In this document: positions 28,339 through 37,478 of the stretch, piece by piece | How the letters are laid out: each line of letters starts with the position of its first letter | Numbering within the stretch: position 1 is the stretch's first letter | DNA from: Deltaproteobacteria bacterium | GTDB taxonomy: Bacteria; Desulfobacterota; GWC2-55-46; JADFVP01 | Assembly (NCBI GenBank): GCA_024275045.1 | Contig: JAJRZX010000039.1 | Coordinates: 586-64,585, forward strand | DNA: 64,000 bases | Direction: 5' to 3' | Translations under genes and position numbers: made by a program | Notes under the pieces: model-generated | Databases searched by the model: none | Told to the model about the DNA's origin: nothing | Seen by the model: only the letters and a program-made list of their open reading frames with translations

Positions 28339-29405
28339 CTGTCTCCGGACCTCCTTATGCCAAGCCCCACGCCTACGCCGAAAAAGGTGGAGAGTTTCTT
28401 TATCTCGTCACCGCTCATGCCCTTTACGGCCAGGTCCACGTTCTTAAAGGGGTCTATGGGCTCCACGGGTATGGAGGTCTTTTCCTGCATGAGCTCGTTT
28501 AATCCCTCTATGAGAGAGCCGCCGCCGGAGACATAGATCTTGTTCACGTTAAGGTCGTGACCGCCGGCAAGGAAAAAATCAAGAGACCGCTTTACATCCA
28601 TTATGAGGTTATTGGATACAAGGTCAATGGCGGATGCTATCTCGGCAGACTTATCAGAGCTCTTGGCGCCTACTTTTATGGACTCGGCCTCATGAAAACT
28701 TACGCCCAGCTCTCTCTGAATCTCCTCGGTAAACTGATTGCCCCCCATTGGAATAGAGCGTGTAAAGGTAGTAACGCCGTCTACGATAACGGTAAGGCTC
28801 GTTATGCTTGCCCCTATATTTACCACCGCTATCATCTCGCCTGAGACAACAGGGTAGTTTATCTCCATCATATTCTCAAGGGCAAAGGCGTCTACGTCAA
28901 CTACCACCGGGGTAAGCCCGGCCTCTGTGAGCACGCTGGTATAATCGCTGATAACGTCCTTCTTGACGGCAACCAGCATTACATCCATCTGCCCCCTGCC
29001 CTCGGAGTCAACTCCAAGTATCTGAAAATCAAGGTTTACCTCTGTAACAGGAAAAGGTATATACTGCTCTGCCTCCCACTGTATGGATTCGGCAAGCTCG
29101 TCCTCTGTTGCGGCGGGAAACGTTACCTTCTTTATAATGACATAATGCCCCGTAAGCGCCGAGACAGTATATTTTGTCTTTATATTCTCTTCTTTTAAAA
29201 TCTCTTTTATCGTATTGATAACTGTGAGGGAATCAATGATGGAACCATCCACAATGGCATCAGGGGGCAGTTCTTTCATGCCTATCCTCTGTATCTGCCA
29301 GCCCTGTTTACCCATACTCATCTGAACAAGCTTTATGGAGCTTGAACCTATGTCAAGGGCAACCGTTTCCTTGGAGCCGAAGATCTCTGAAAGGGACAAC
29401 GCCAT
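28335..29405 (-). CDS. pilM: Type IV pilus assembly ATPase-fold protein PilM (actin-like)
   Basis: It is 356 aa. LDIGSSSIKLVQM is a PilM/FtsA-like fold. It is the first gene of pilMNOPQ. Confidence 0.85.
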   Translation of the reverse strand: MALSLSEIFGSKETVALDIGSSSIKLVQMSMGKQGWQIQRIGMKELPPDAIVDGSIIDSLTVINTIKEILKEENIKTKYTVSALTGHYVIIKKVTFPAATEDELAESIQWEAEQYIPFPVTEVNLDFQILGVDSEGRGQMDVMLVAVKKDVISDYTSVLTEAGLTPVVVDVDAFALENMMEINYPVVSGEMIAVVNIGASITSLTVIVDGVTTFTRSIPMGGNQFTEEIQRELGVSFHEAESIKVGAKSSDKSAEIASAIDLVSNNLIMDVKRSLDFFLAGGHDLNVNKIYVSGGGSLIEGLNELMQEKTSIPVEPIDPFKNVDLAVKGMSGDEIKKLSTFFGVGVGLGIRRSGDR

Positions 29406-29416
29406 TGCTTAAAACC

Positions 29417-29614
29417 TCACGTCTTGAAGACCTTATCCTTATCGGATATATTGAGCCCCAGGGCCCTGATTATCTTGCGCTTCGTATCCAGCCTGCAGGG
29501 GAATCCTTTCTCAATCCTGTTTATGGTCAAGGTGGAAAGCCCCGCCTTTCTCGCAAGCTCTGTCTTGCTTAAAAGGATACGTTCTCTGTATATTTTTAAT
29601 CTATTTTCACTCAT
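29417..29614 (-). CDS. XRE-family helix-turn-helix transcriptional regulator
   Basis: It is 65 aa, with LSKTELARKAGLSTLTINRIEKG. Confidence 0.7.
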   Translation of the reverse strand: MSENRLKIYRERILLSKTELARKAGLSTLTINRIEKGFPCRLDTKRKIIRALGLNISDKDKVFKT

Positions 29615-29925
29615 AATTCAAGCACCTAGGTCACATGGCGGGAAGGCTTTACCGGAACGGCTGAACAAGCCATTGCATTGATATTTCTATTATATCCTGT
29701 GCTAATTGTCAATACTTAATTCAACTTAAGCTTCTTTTGATATAATTAAGCATAACTTTGCATAAAAAAACTTTCTTTCAAGGTACTTTAATCATCCTGC
29801 TGTAAGGTGATAAAAAGGGATGAGGGATTATCTTGAGCCATAAAGAGTCTTTATGGCCGGGTCTTACCCCGCCGGCCTTACCGGCGGAGTCCCGGATATC
29901 TTATCTGAGAGCGCACGCTCAGATA

Positions 29926-31599
29926 TTAGCTGAGCTCCCTCCATTCTCTTCTCTCTATGGACATGGTTCCATAGTTCTGCCAACCCTGCGGCAGGTTCAA
30001 GATAGGCGTGTATGTGAAGTTGGCGCTGGTATTGCCTTCTCCGCCTACATCGAGCTCACCAGGCTGCACAGTCTCATTACCTACAAGGAGGCTGCCGTTC
30101 ATGTTAAAGGTGGCGGATGTGCCAAGGCCGCCATCGTGTTCAGCCTCCACTTCCATCTCTTTGGTGGCGATGATGACTGCGCCGTTGGTGGCGGTGCCCA
30201 CGTTCACGTTAATGGAGCTGTACTTGGCCTTAAACTCTACTTTCTCGGCAACTACGGCAAGGCCGTTGGCGGGCTTGAAGTTCATGGTGCCGGCACCGCC
30301 CTCAAAGTCTATCTTGCCTGCGGGCTGCGAGTTATTGGCAGCCGTGCCCACAAGGATACTGGCCGTTATGTCCACCGAGGCCGCAGGATCCGTGGGCCCG
30401 AGAAACTCAAGGTGCTTCTGTGAGTCTATTACGTTGACTACACTGCTGCCGTAACCATTGCCCGTGGGCGCGGTGTAGCTGTTGAACTGATAGGCGTTCA
30501 TAAAGGGCTTCTCAGACTGCGCCTCGTCTGAGGTAAAGGTATAGGTGTTCTGCGTTCCCGTGCAGGAACCGATGACCCCGTTCCAGTTAGGGTCGGTGCA
30601 CCAGTATACCGTATGGTTATAGGTTCCGTTATTATGATGGTGATCATGGCCGCCGCAGGACCCGGTGCAGACGGCCTGCACAGTGGCCTGCACAGTGTAG
30701 CTCGTACCCATTGTGGTTATGGCGTAGTTTATGGGCCACTGCGTACAGTTTGCTCCGCACCCTGTTGTGCTTCCAACTGTGGGAGTCATCATAAATACCT
30801 GCTGATCGGTAAAGTTGGCCTGGTCCTGATAAAAGGCAAAATCAAGTACAGGAGGCGTAACCGTGGCAGCGTTTGAATCACAGGAGAGGAACTGATTATT
30901 CGCACAATCCGGCGTAATAGTGCCCCCTGATTCGGCAAGGGCCGCGCCAAGGTCAAAGTTACCCTGCAGGTCTATAACATCAGCACCGTAAATCTTGCCT
31001 GTAAACTTTCCTGGGTTTGCCCCTATACCGTCACCCTCGATGCTGCCGTTGCTGTACGTAGCGTAATCAAAGGCCGTTATGGTATTCCTGACAACAAGGC
31101 CCACCTTTCTTGTAACCCCGCCCACGGTTCCCGTTACCTCCACGAGTACATCATTACCGCCAAGCGTTGTGTACTTGTCTGAGCGTGTGGCATTGGCGCT
31201 CCTGCCGTATGTGCCTGTTGCATCAAAGACCTCTACCGTATATGATCCGCTTATGGAACCCATGTCTATGGTGCCCTGAGTCTGGGCGGCCCACTGCGAG
31301 GCGTCATCAGCAAGGTTGCCGTTCTTATTAAGGTCAGGGGCCCAATCAGGGTCGTTTCTTATGGCGTTAATGGCATCGCTCATGCCGGCCTCAGCCGTAT
31401 TAAGGGCCTGCATGGACCTTGTTACATTACCGGCCACCTTCACATCAGTTGTGGATGTGGAGATAATAGCCGCGCCTGTAACGGCCATAATACCCATGAC
31501 CATAAGGGCTATGGCAAGAACCACACCGCTCTCATCCCCTAAGAGCCCGCGAATACTCAGACTCGCCTTATTGCTTTTATTGTCTTTCATCGCCTTCAT
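29926..31599 (-). CDS. pilX: PilX-like type IV pilus minor pilin/assembly protein (PilX_N hydrophobic N-terminus), enlarged to 557 aa
   Basis: The N-terminus VVLAIALMVMGIMAVTGAAIISTSTTDVKVAGN matches the PilX N-terminal domain. The C-terminus is a large beta-rich region with a Cys/His cluster (CGGHDHHHNNGTYNH). It is the last gene of the minor-pilin operon. Confidence 0.65.
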   Translation of the reverse strand: MKAMKDNKSNKASLSIRGLLGDESGVVLAIALMVMGIMAVTGAAIISTSTTDVKVAGNVTRSMQALNTAEAGMSDAINAIRNDPDWAPDLNKNGNLADDASQWAAQTQGTIDMGSISGSYTVEVFDATGTYGRSANATRSDKYTTLGGNDVLVEVTGTVGGVTRKVGLVVRNTITAFDYATYSNGSIEGDGIGANPGKFTGKIYGADVIDLQGNFDLGAALAESGGTITPDCANNQFLSCDSNAATVTPPVLDFAFYQDQANFTDQQVFMMTPTVGSTTGCGANCTQWPINYAITTMGTSYTVQATVQAVCTGSCGGHDHHHNNGTYNHTVYWCTDPNWNGVIGSCTGTQNTYTFTSDEAQSEKPFMNAYQFNSYTAPTGNGYGSSVVNVIDSQKHLEFLGPTDPAASVDITASILVGTAANNSQPAGKIDFEGGAGTMNFKPANGLAVVAEKVEFKAKYSSINVNVGTATNGAVIIATKEMEVEAEHDGGLGTSATFNMNGSLLVGNETVQPGELDVGGEGNTSANFTYTPILNLPQGWQNYGTMSIERREWRELS

Positions 31600-31650
31600 A
31601 TATCACCTCTCTTTATAGTTGCACTTTCACAAAAAGCCAAATTGAGTGCC

Positions 31651-34600
31651 TCAGTTACAGTTCCATGAAGAATATGTGGTGTTTTTGCTTATCCCTGTCA
31701 TACCGCACCTGGCGTCTGTAAACGCTCTCTTTGATGAAGCAAGACCTACATCTATGGTCTTGTCATGATAGAGCTGTGAGGCGCTATAGGTATATATACC
31801 GGGATTAACCGCACTCTCAATCATAGTACCTGTTTCCACTGTGCCGGTAAGCGTATCCGTTATCGTGGCGATTACCCTGCCGCCTGAGACCAGGGCCCAG
31901 TTCTCATCAAAGAGGATCGCCGTAAGGGTCACATTCTCGCCACCGCTTCCGCTTCTTTCCACTGTCATATACGTATCAAACCTCGAGTCCTGGTCATAAG
32001 TGTAGATACCTACGGAGGGCTCGGGCTGTATGTCGTAATTACTGTTACTGTCAATCATATTTACGTAATACCAGACCCTCTTGCCCGTGAAGGTGGGGAT
32101 ATGATTTGATACGCAGAACCCCGAAGAGGCCGTCTGGTACGTATTCGTCGTACCCACACGGCACATGGGGATACTTGTCCAGCCCGAGGGCGCGGCTGAA
32201 TAATCCGTGAAAGGCGGAACAAAGGTGGATTTATCCGTTGTGCTGTAATAGAGCGTAGCACCGGTGACGGGTATGCCGAGATCAGGGCTAACCGTGTCCT
32301 CAACAGTAACGTCATAAGAGGTCCAGAGGTAGTTCGCGTCCTGCTCGCCTGTCTTAACCGTTATATTCGAGACGTTTACATTGGATGTAGTAGGCATGAG
32401 AGGTCTGTCCTGTACGCTGCCTGTTATTGTGGGCCCTACTGTAACGGGTACGGTAAAGGTAGCGGAGTTGCACATAGCTCCGTCAAGGTCATTTGTGTAA
32501 TTAAGCGTCACTATTATATTCTCAGTCCTCATGTCCGTGAAACCCGTTCCGGAACTGTCCCTGAAGTCAAGGGTAAACTCATTTAAACCGGTTAAACCGC
32601 TGAGCCTGCGAAGCGAGGCCGAAGGCTCAAAAGCGGCAAAATCAACCACATTGCCTGAGGCCACGTCAGTATTATCCCAGAGCGTATTGCTGCTGCCTCC
32701 AAAGGGTGTAAGTACCACTTTATGAAGTTTTGCCGTAGCGTTGCTCCAGACAAAGGTAGCGGAGTTTATGGTAACCGAGCTATTTCCGGTGTTCTGAATA
32801 CCAATAGTAACCACGTTGTGCCGGCTGCCCTGAAGCGGCGGGCTCACTGTGCCGGAGGTGGTAACTGTAATAGCAGGGTCCCAGGCTATGTTTGTGGGCA
32901 TGACCGTAACCTCGTGAGAACTTGCAGTGCTCTCCTTGAGGGCGCAGTCAAGGGCTTTTACCGTGTAATAATAAGTAGTTCCCGGCAGCACTGTGCTGTC
33001 GGCGTAACTCGTGCTTGTAACAGGGGTGGTGTTAAGCTGCGTATAAGGGCCGCCTGTGGTTGTGCTGCGGTACACATAGTAACCAACCACATCGTTCTCA
33101 GAGGCCGGGTTAAAGAGGTTTCCGTTCTCGCTCCCTGTAGAGGCCGCCCAGTCAACCTGTGCCGTTGAACATGTAGCCGTGGTAATGGTTGAGGGTGCCG
33201 AGGGAGGCCCGAAGTGCTTGGAGCCCGGGGCGCCGTCACCGCATGGAGCGGCGGTGGCAATAGAGGTGGCACCGGTACTGTAGTTTCCGCACCTGTCATA
33301 GGCAAAGGCCCTGTAGTAGTAGGTAGTTCCAATAAGTATGCCGTAACTGTCCACCAGAGAATAGGTCTGGTTGGGGCTGAGAGGCTCATAGTCCTTTACG
33401 TTGTTGGGTCCAATGGCCCCGGGGTCTGTAGCTCCCGTAGGATACTGATCCGTCCTTCTAAGTATCCTCACCCCATTAAGGTCAAGGTCCGCAGGCGTTG
33501 ACTCACTCATGTATATCTTATCCGTGGCGGCAACAGCTTTAAAGGCTATAGGGTCAGCAGGGGGTACGGACTCAAAGGGGTTCGTGTTTGTAACTCCGCT
33601 TGAGGGCGCATCCGTACCGCTGCCTGTACCGTCACCAAAAACAGCGCTCTGCAAGGACTTGGACTTCTCGTTAGCTGCACAGTCCCAGGAGACCACCTTA
33701 TAATAAAAAGGAGTGGCAGGACAGTTAGTTACGGTAATATCACTGTAGGTAAGATGCGTGGAGTCGAGCTCAGCCACCTGCGTATACGCACCTCCGCTGT
33801 CACTGCTCCTGTATACATGGTAACCGCCGGTATCGGCAGAGGTGCTTGCAGTCCATGAAAGAGTGACCAGACTGTCGCCTGCCGTAGAGTCCGTACCCGT
33901 TGGAAGCTCCGGGGGAGTAACATCATCGGGCCTTGTATCAACGCTGCCCTCGGTACCTGAGATGGGTGTAGTAAAAGCGCTGTTAAGGTTGCCGGATGTA
34001 TCGTAACACTTCATGGCTATATCGTACTGCGTGGAGTCAGAAAGACCCGTAAGCGTGTAAGACTGCGTGGAGCCGCCGGGCACATCAACAAGGCCCGTAT
34101 AAAAAGCCGCCCCCGTGGCCTTGTAGTATATCTTATACCCCGCGGCATCAGAGCTGGTGCTCTTGGTCCATGCGAGATTAAGCCTGCCGCAGAGCCCGGG
34201 ATCCGTTGAGCGCACATTTGTCGGCAGGTTGCACTCCGTAGTATCCGTGGATTGCTGAACCCCCATACACCGAAGTGATACGCTTGTCTCAAGGTTAACC
34301 GTATCCACCTTATTGGTAGCGGGATTTGGGTATGCAGTAGCCGCTGTCATGGCTATGCCCACGCGCCTTATCCTGTCTCTGTTGGCCTGCGACTGTATGG
34401 GCGCGGGAATGAGCACACCGGTATCATCGTAATAAGTAAAGGTTAGCCCCGTAATATTGCCCACCAGGTCCACACCAGTACCATAGGCCCCGTAGACACT
34501 GCCGTTCCAGGAGGCTGAACTCCTTTTCAACTCTTTTGCTGCTGTATCAAGGTCGTATTTTATCTTCCACGGCCCGAGATTAGGGTCAGGGTCTGAGTCA

Positions 34601-34872
34601 GACTCAAACTCAAGGGCGCTGGTATCCGCCGTAATAATAGGCGTGTCCTTATAGTAACACCCGGCGGCGCGCACCTCTTTTACCACCTTCTCCATGGTAA
34701 CCCTTGTCTCCTGCTGTATCTCAAGGAGCCTGTCCTGACCCGTGGAGGCACGCAGAAAATAATTATACAGCGAGTACACCGCTCCTATAACGGCCACGCC
34801 TATGGCCATGGCTATAAGGAGTTCAATAAGCGTAAAACCTTTACTCTTACTATTTCGGTCTCTCACAAACAT
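31651..34872 (-). CDS. pilW: Giant PilW-like minor pilin (class III signal peptide plus PilW N-domain) fused to three FN3-like domains and a large C-terminal beta-rich domain (1073 aa)
   Basis: The N-terminus MFVRDRNSKSKGFTLIELLIAMAIGVAVIGAVYSLY is a prepilin leader plus the PilW motif. FN3 signatures follow: SYTLTGLSDSTQYDIAMKCYD, GGYHVYRSS...FYYKVVSWD and YYYTVKALD. Confidence 0.7.
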   Translation of the reverse strand: MFVRDRNSKSKGFTLIELLIAMAIGVAVIGAVYSLYNYFLRASTGQDRLLEIQQETRVTMEKVVKEVRAAGCYYKDTPIITADTSALEFESDSDPDPNLGPWKIKYDLDTAAKELKRSSASWNGSVYGAYGTGVDLVGNITGLTFTYYDDTGVLIPAPIQSQANRDRIRRVGIAMTAATAYPNPATNKVDTVNLETSVSLRCMGVQQSTDTTECNLPTNVRSTDPGLCGRLNLAWTKSTSSDAAGYKIYYKATGAAFYTGLVDVPGGSTQSYTLTGLSDSTQYDIAMKCYDTSGNLNSAFTTPISGTEGSVDTRPDDVTPPELPTGTDSTAGDSLVTLSWTASTSADTGGYHVYRSSDSGGAYTQVAELDSTHLTYSDITVTNCPATPFYYKVVSWDCAANEKSKSLQSAVFGDGTGSGTDAPSSGVTNTNPFESVPPADPIAFKAVAATDKIYMSESTPADLDLNGVRILRRTDQYPTGATDPGAIGPNNVKDYEPLSPNQTYSLVDSYGILIGTTYYYRAFAYDRCGNYSTGATSIATAAPCGDGAPGSKHFGPPSAPSTITTATCSTAQVDWAASTGSENGNLFNPASENDVVGYYVYRSTTTGGPYTQLNTTPVTSTSYADSTVLPGTTYYYTVKALDCALKESTASSHEVTVMPTNIAWDPAITVTTSGTVSPPLQGSRHNVVTIGIQNTGNSSVTINSATFVWSNATAKLHKVVLTPFGGSSNTLWDNTDVASGNVVDFAAFEPSASLRRLSGLTGLNEFTLDFRDSSGTGFTDMRTENIIVTLNYTNDLDGAMCNSATFTVPVTVGPTITGSVQDRPLMPTTSNVNVSNITVKTGEQDANYLWTSYDVTVEDTVSPDLGIPVTGATLYYSTTDKSTFVPPFTDYSAAPSGWTSIPMCRVGTTNTYQTASSGFCVSNHIPTFTGKRVWYYVNMIDSNSNYDIQPEPSVGIYTYDQDSRFDTYMTVERSGSGGENVTLTAILFDENWALVSGGRVIATITDTLTGTVETGTMIESAVNPGIYTYSASQLYHDKTIDVGLASSKRAFTDARCGMTGISKNTTYSSWNCN

Positions 34873-34874
34873 AC

Positions 34875-35324
34875 CTATCTCGCTATATGAGTTCTGAATA
34901 TGGTGTTGTGTCCGGAGCCTATTCCGTCATTCCAGATAATCTTTACGGCTATGTCCTTGGAGTTTACCGGCATGGGACCATCGGTTATATAAGTCTCTCT
35001 TCGAAAAGAACTATGCCCGGTAATGGCACCGTAGTCCTCCACCACATCAGGGTTTACGCCGGCAACAGGGTCGCTTGACGCCACTGAATCCACTATGCCG
35101 TCAAAGTTAAGAGCCGCTTTTCGCGTAATCTCCTCCATTGTCTCTCTTGCAAGGTTGGCGGCCTCAGAGGTCCTCCTGCCAAAATCAGTACTCCTTATGG
35201 TACTGGTCATAAGACCTGATAAGGTCAATAGGGCCACGCTCAAGATGAATATGCCGATAAGCACCTCGATGAGAGTAAAACCATCATCTGCGGATAATAC
35301 TTTTTCTTTCATATACCTCACCAT
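34875..35324 (-). CDS. pilV: PilV-like minor pilin
   Basis: It is 149 aa. The N-terminus MKEKVLSADDGFTLIEVLIGIFILSVALLTLSGL fits PilV. The likely start is 35312. Confidence 0.75.
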   Translation of the reverse strand: MVRYMKEKVLSADDGFTLIEVLIGIFILSVALLTLSGLMTSTIRSTDFGRRTSEAANLARETMEEITRKAALNFDGIVDSVASSDPVAGVNPDVVEDYGAITGHSSFRRETYITDGPMPVNSKDIAVKIIWNDGIGSGHNTIFRTHIAR

Positions 35325-35848
35325 GTCGTTAATATTTTCACTCGGCCGCTGGCCGGAGAGACGGTAACCGCGTACTTGTCTGCGCTGTTAGAGGCAGCGT
35401 TAAGCCTGATGTTAGCCGAAGTAGCGGAGCCAAAAGGGTCAAAGGCTATTACGGCCGTAGTACCCGTGGTGTATGTGGTTCCTCCAACGGTAACGCTGAA
35501 GACATCCACGCCTCCCTCAACATCTTTTGCGGCTATGGCAATGTCCGCTGTCCACGGGTCAGCATCAGAGGCCCTTGTTACCACAAGATATCTCTTTGGG
35601 CCCGCATCAAGGTCAAAGCGCACACCGTACTTCTGAGTAGCGTTTACCGCCTTGCTCCTTGCGTACTGAAGCATGGAAAAAATATCCCTTGAGGTACTCT
35701 TGAGTTTCATATGCGGAAAGGTGGTTGATAAAAAACTTGGCGCTGCTATGGCAAGGAGGGTCCCTAATATGGCCATAACTACAAGTATCTCAACAAGGCT
35801 GAAACCTTTCTCCGCGGCACCTCTTCTTCGTACACAGGCCCTCCTCAT
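35318..35848 (-). CDS. FimT/GspH-family minor (pseudo)pilin
   Basis: The class III signal is MRRACVRRRGAAEKG|FSLVEILVVMAILGTLLAIAAPSF. The ORF is open to 36007, but the leader would be implausibly long, so the start is assigned at M 35848. Confidence 0.65.
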   Translation of the reverse strand: MRRACVRRRGAAEKGFSLVEILVVMAILGTLLAIAAPSFLSTTFPHMKLKSTSRDIFSMLQYARSKAVNATQKYGVRFDLDAGPKRYLVVTRASDADPWTADIAIAAKDVEGGVDVFSVTVGGTTYTTGTTAVIAFDPFGSATSANIRLNAASNSADKYAVTVSPASGRVKILTTW

Positions 35849-35990
35849 AAGAGGACGTAAGAAGATGCCTAAAAGCTCTGCACTACAAGAACTTCCTTTA
35901 AGAGGCGCCCTCTGCGGGCCGTGATAAACTCTCTTAACTGAATTTTTCATAATTCTCCCTACATTGTGATATAAACCCACCACATAATTA

Positions 35991-36006
35991 CGCAACAGCT
36001 GTGCCA
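35991..36006 (-). promoter_or_regulatory. Sigma-54 (-24/-12) promoter for the minor-pilin operon
   Basis: The minus strand reads CTTTGGCACAGCTGTTGCGTAA, which is TGGCAC-N5-TTGCG, a perfect match to the GG-N10-GC consensus. It lies about 140 nt upstream of the fimT-like start and immediately downstream of the sigma-54 activator pilR. Confidence 0.65.
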
Positions 36007-36124
36007 AAGTATAAGCACCTAAAAAAAAAGAGTTTTCTCCTCCATAGAGAGGAAAAAACTCCGCAAACTTTGCACAATATGATTACTTTTTATGTATATA
36101 AGCCCCCTTGCTCAGAACATGGGC

Positions 36125-37477
36125 TTAGAAACCATAGGTCTTAATCTTATAAAGCAGAGCCCTCTGGCTTATCTCCAGCAGCTCCGCGGCACGGGTCTTA
36201 TTGTTCTTTGTAGCCTCAAGAGCCCGTCTTATAAAGTCCCTTTCCATGGCCTCATGGGCCTTCTTAATGGAAAGCCCCACTGAGGCCGTTCTTGCCGCGC
36301 CCTCTCTTGGTGAAGAGACACCCATTGGAAGGGATGATTTTTCTATGACCTCACCCTCCTCAAGTATCATGGCCCTCTCAATAACATTCTCAAGCTCACG
36401 GATATTGCCGGGCCAGGCATACTTTAAGAGCGCTGCCAGAGCATCACCGGATAACCCCTTTACCTCTTTTCTAAACTTCCTGGCGTACAGGGCCGTAAAG
36501 TGCCCTGCCAGCTTCTCTATATCACCGGGCCTCTCGTGAAGCGGCGGCAGTGCTATCTCTATGACATTAAGCCTGTAATAAAGGTCCTCTCTAAACCTGC
36601 CCTCCTGTATCTCTTCCGCAAGGTTCTTAAGAGTGGCCGCCACAACCCTTGTATCTATCTTCACGGACGTTGTGCCGCCAACGCGCCGCACCTCGCCCTC
36701 CTGCAAAACGCGCAGAAGCTTTACCTGAAGCTCCATGGGCAGCTCACCTACCTCGTCAAGGAATATGGTGCCTCCGTTTGCCTCCTCAAAAAGCCCCACC
36801 TTGTCGCGTTTGGCGTCTGTAAAGGCGCCTTTAACATGCCCGAAGAGCTCGCTCTCAAGCAGAGGCCCGGGTATGGCCCCGCAGTTTACTGCAACAAAAG
36901 GCCGGTCCGCGCGCTCCCCGCATGAGTGCAGGGCACGGGCTACAAGCTCCTTGCCTGTGCCGCTCTCGCCGCTTATAAGGACAGTGGTGCTGTAACTTGC
37001 GACCTTTTTTACAAGCTCGAGTATCTCAAGCATCCTCTTATCAACGGTGATAATGTTCTTAACATCAAAACGCCGTGCCACATCCGCCTTGAGACGCCGG
37101 TTCTCCCGTTTGAGTTTCTCTCTCTCCTCGGCCTTCTTAAGGGTAAGTATTATCTCATCGGACTTAAAGGGCTTGGAGATATAATCATAGGCCCCCAGCT
37201 TCATGCACTCAATGGCAGTATCAATGGTGCCGTAAGCGCTCATCATAATAACCGTATGATCGTCCTGCTCCCCTTGCTTGAGCCCCTTTAAGAACTCAAG
37301 TCCGTCCATACCGGGCATGCGTATATCGCAGAGTATAAAATCATAATCATCAGATGAAAGCGCCTTAAGGGCCTTTCCCGCATCGGCAAAAGCAGTAGCC
37401 TCATACCCCTCCATCTTCAGTATTACAGAGAGCATATGGCGCAAGCTCTCCTCATCGTCAATAATCATCACTCTCAT
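36125..37477 (-). CDS. pilR: Sigma-54-dependent response regulator PilR-like (REC + AAA+ sigma-54 activator + Fis HTH)
   Basis: It is 450 aa. The receiver domain reads MRVMIIDDE...D. Walker A is GESGTGKE, the GAFTGA variant is GAFTDA, and the C-terminal HTH is AELLEISQRALLYKIK. Confidence 0.85.
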   Translation of the reverse strand: MRVMIIDDEESLRHMLSVILKMEGYEATAFADAGKALKALSSDDYDFILCDIRMPGMDGLEFLKGLKQGEQDDHTVIMMSAYGTIDTAIECMKLGAYDYISKPFKSDEIILTLKKAEEREKLKRENRRLKADVARRFDVKNIITVDKRMLEILELVKKVASYSTTVLISGESGTGKELVARALHSCGERADRPFVAVNCGAIPGPLLESELFGHVKGAFTDAKRDKVGLFEEANGGTIFLDEVGELPMELQVKLLRVLQEGEVRRVGGTTSVKIDTRVVAATLKNLAEEIQEGRFREDLYYRLNVIEIALPPLHERPGDIEKLAGHFTALYARKFRKEVKGLSGDALAALLKYAWPGNIRELENVIERAMILEEGEVIEKSSLPMGVSSPREGAARTASVGLSIKKAHEAMERDFIRRALEATKNNKTRAAELLEISQRALLYKIKTYGF

Positions 37478-37478
37478 A

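Noticed and set aside
29833-30454. Two plus-strand ORFs (196 and 148 aa)
   Set aside because: They are antisense to the PilX-like gene, which has a clear PilX_N N-terminus and operon context.
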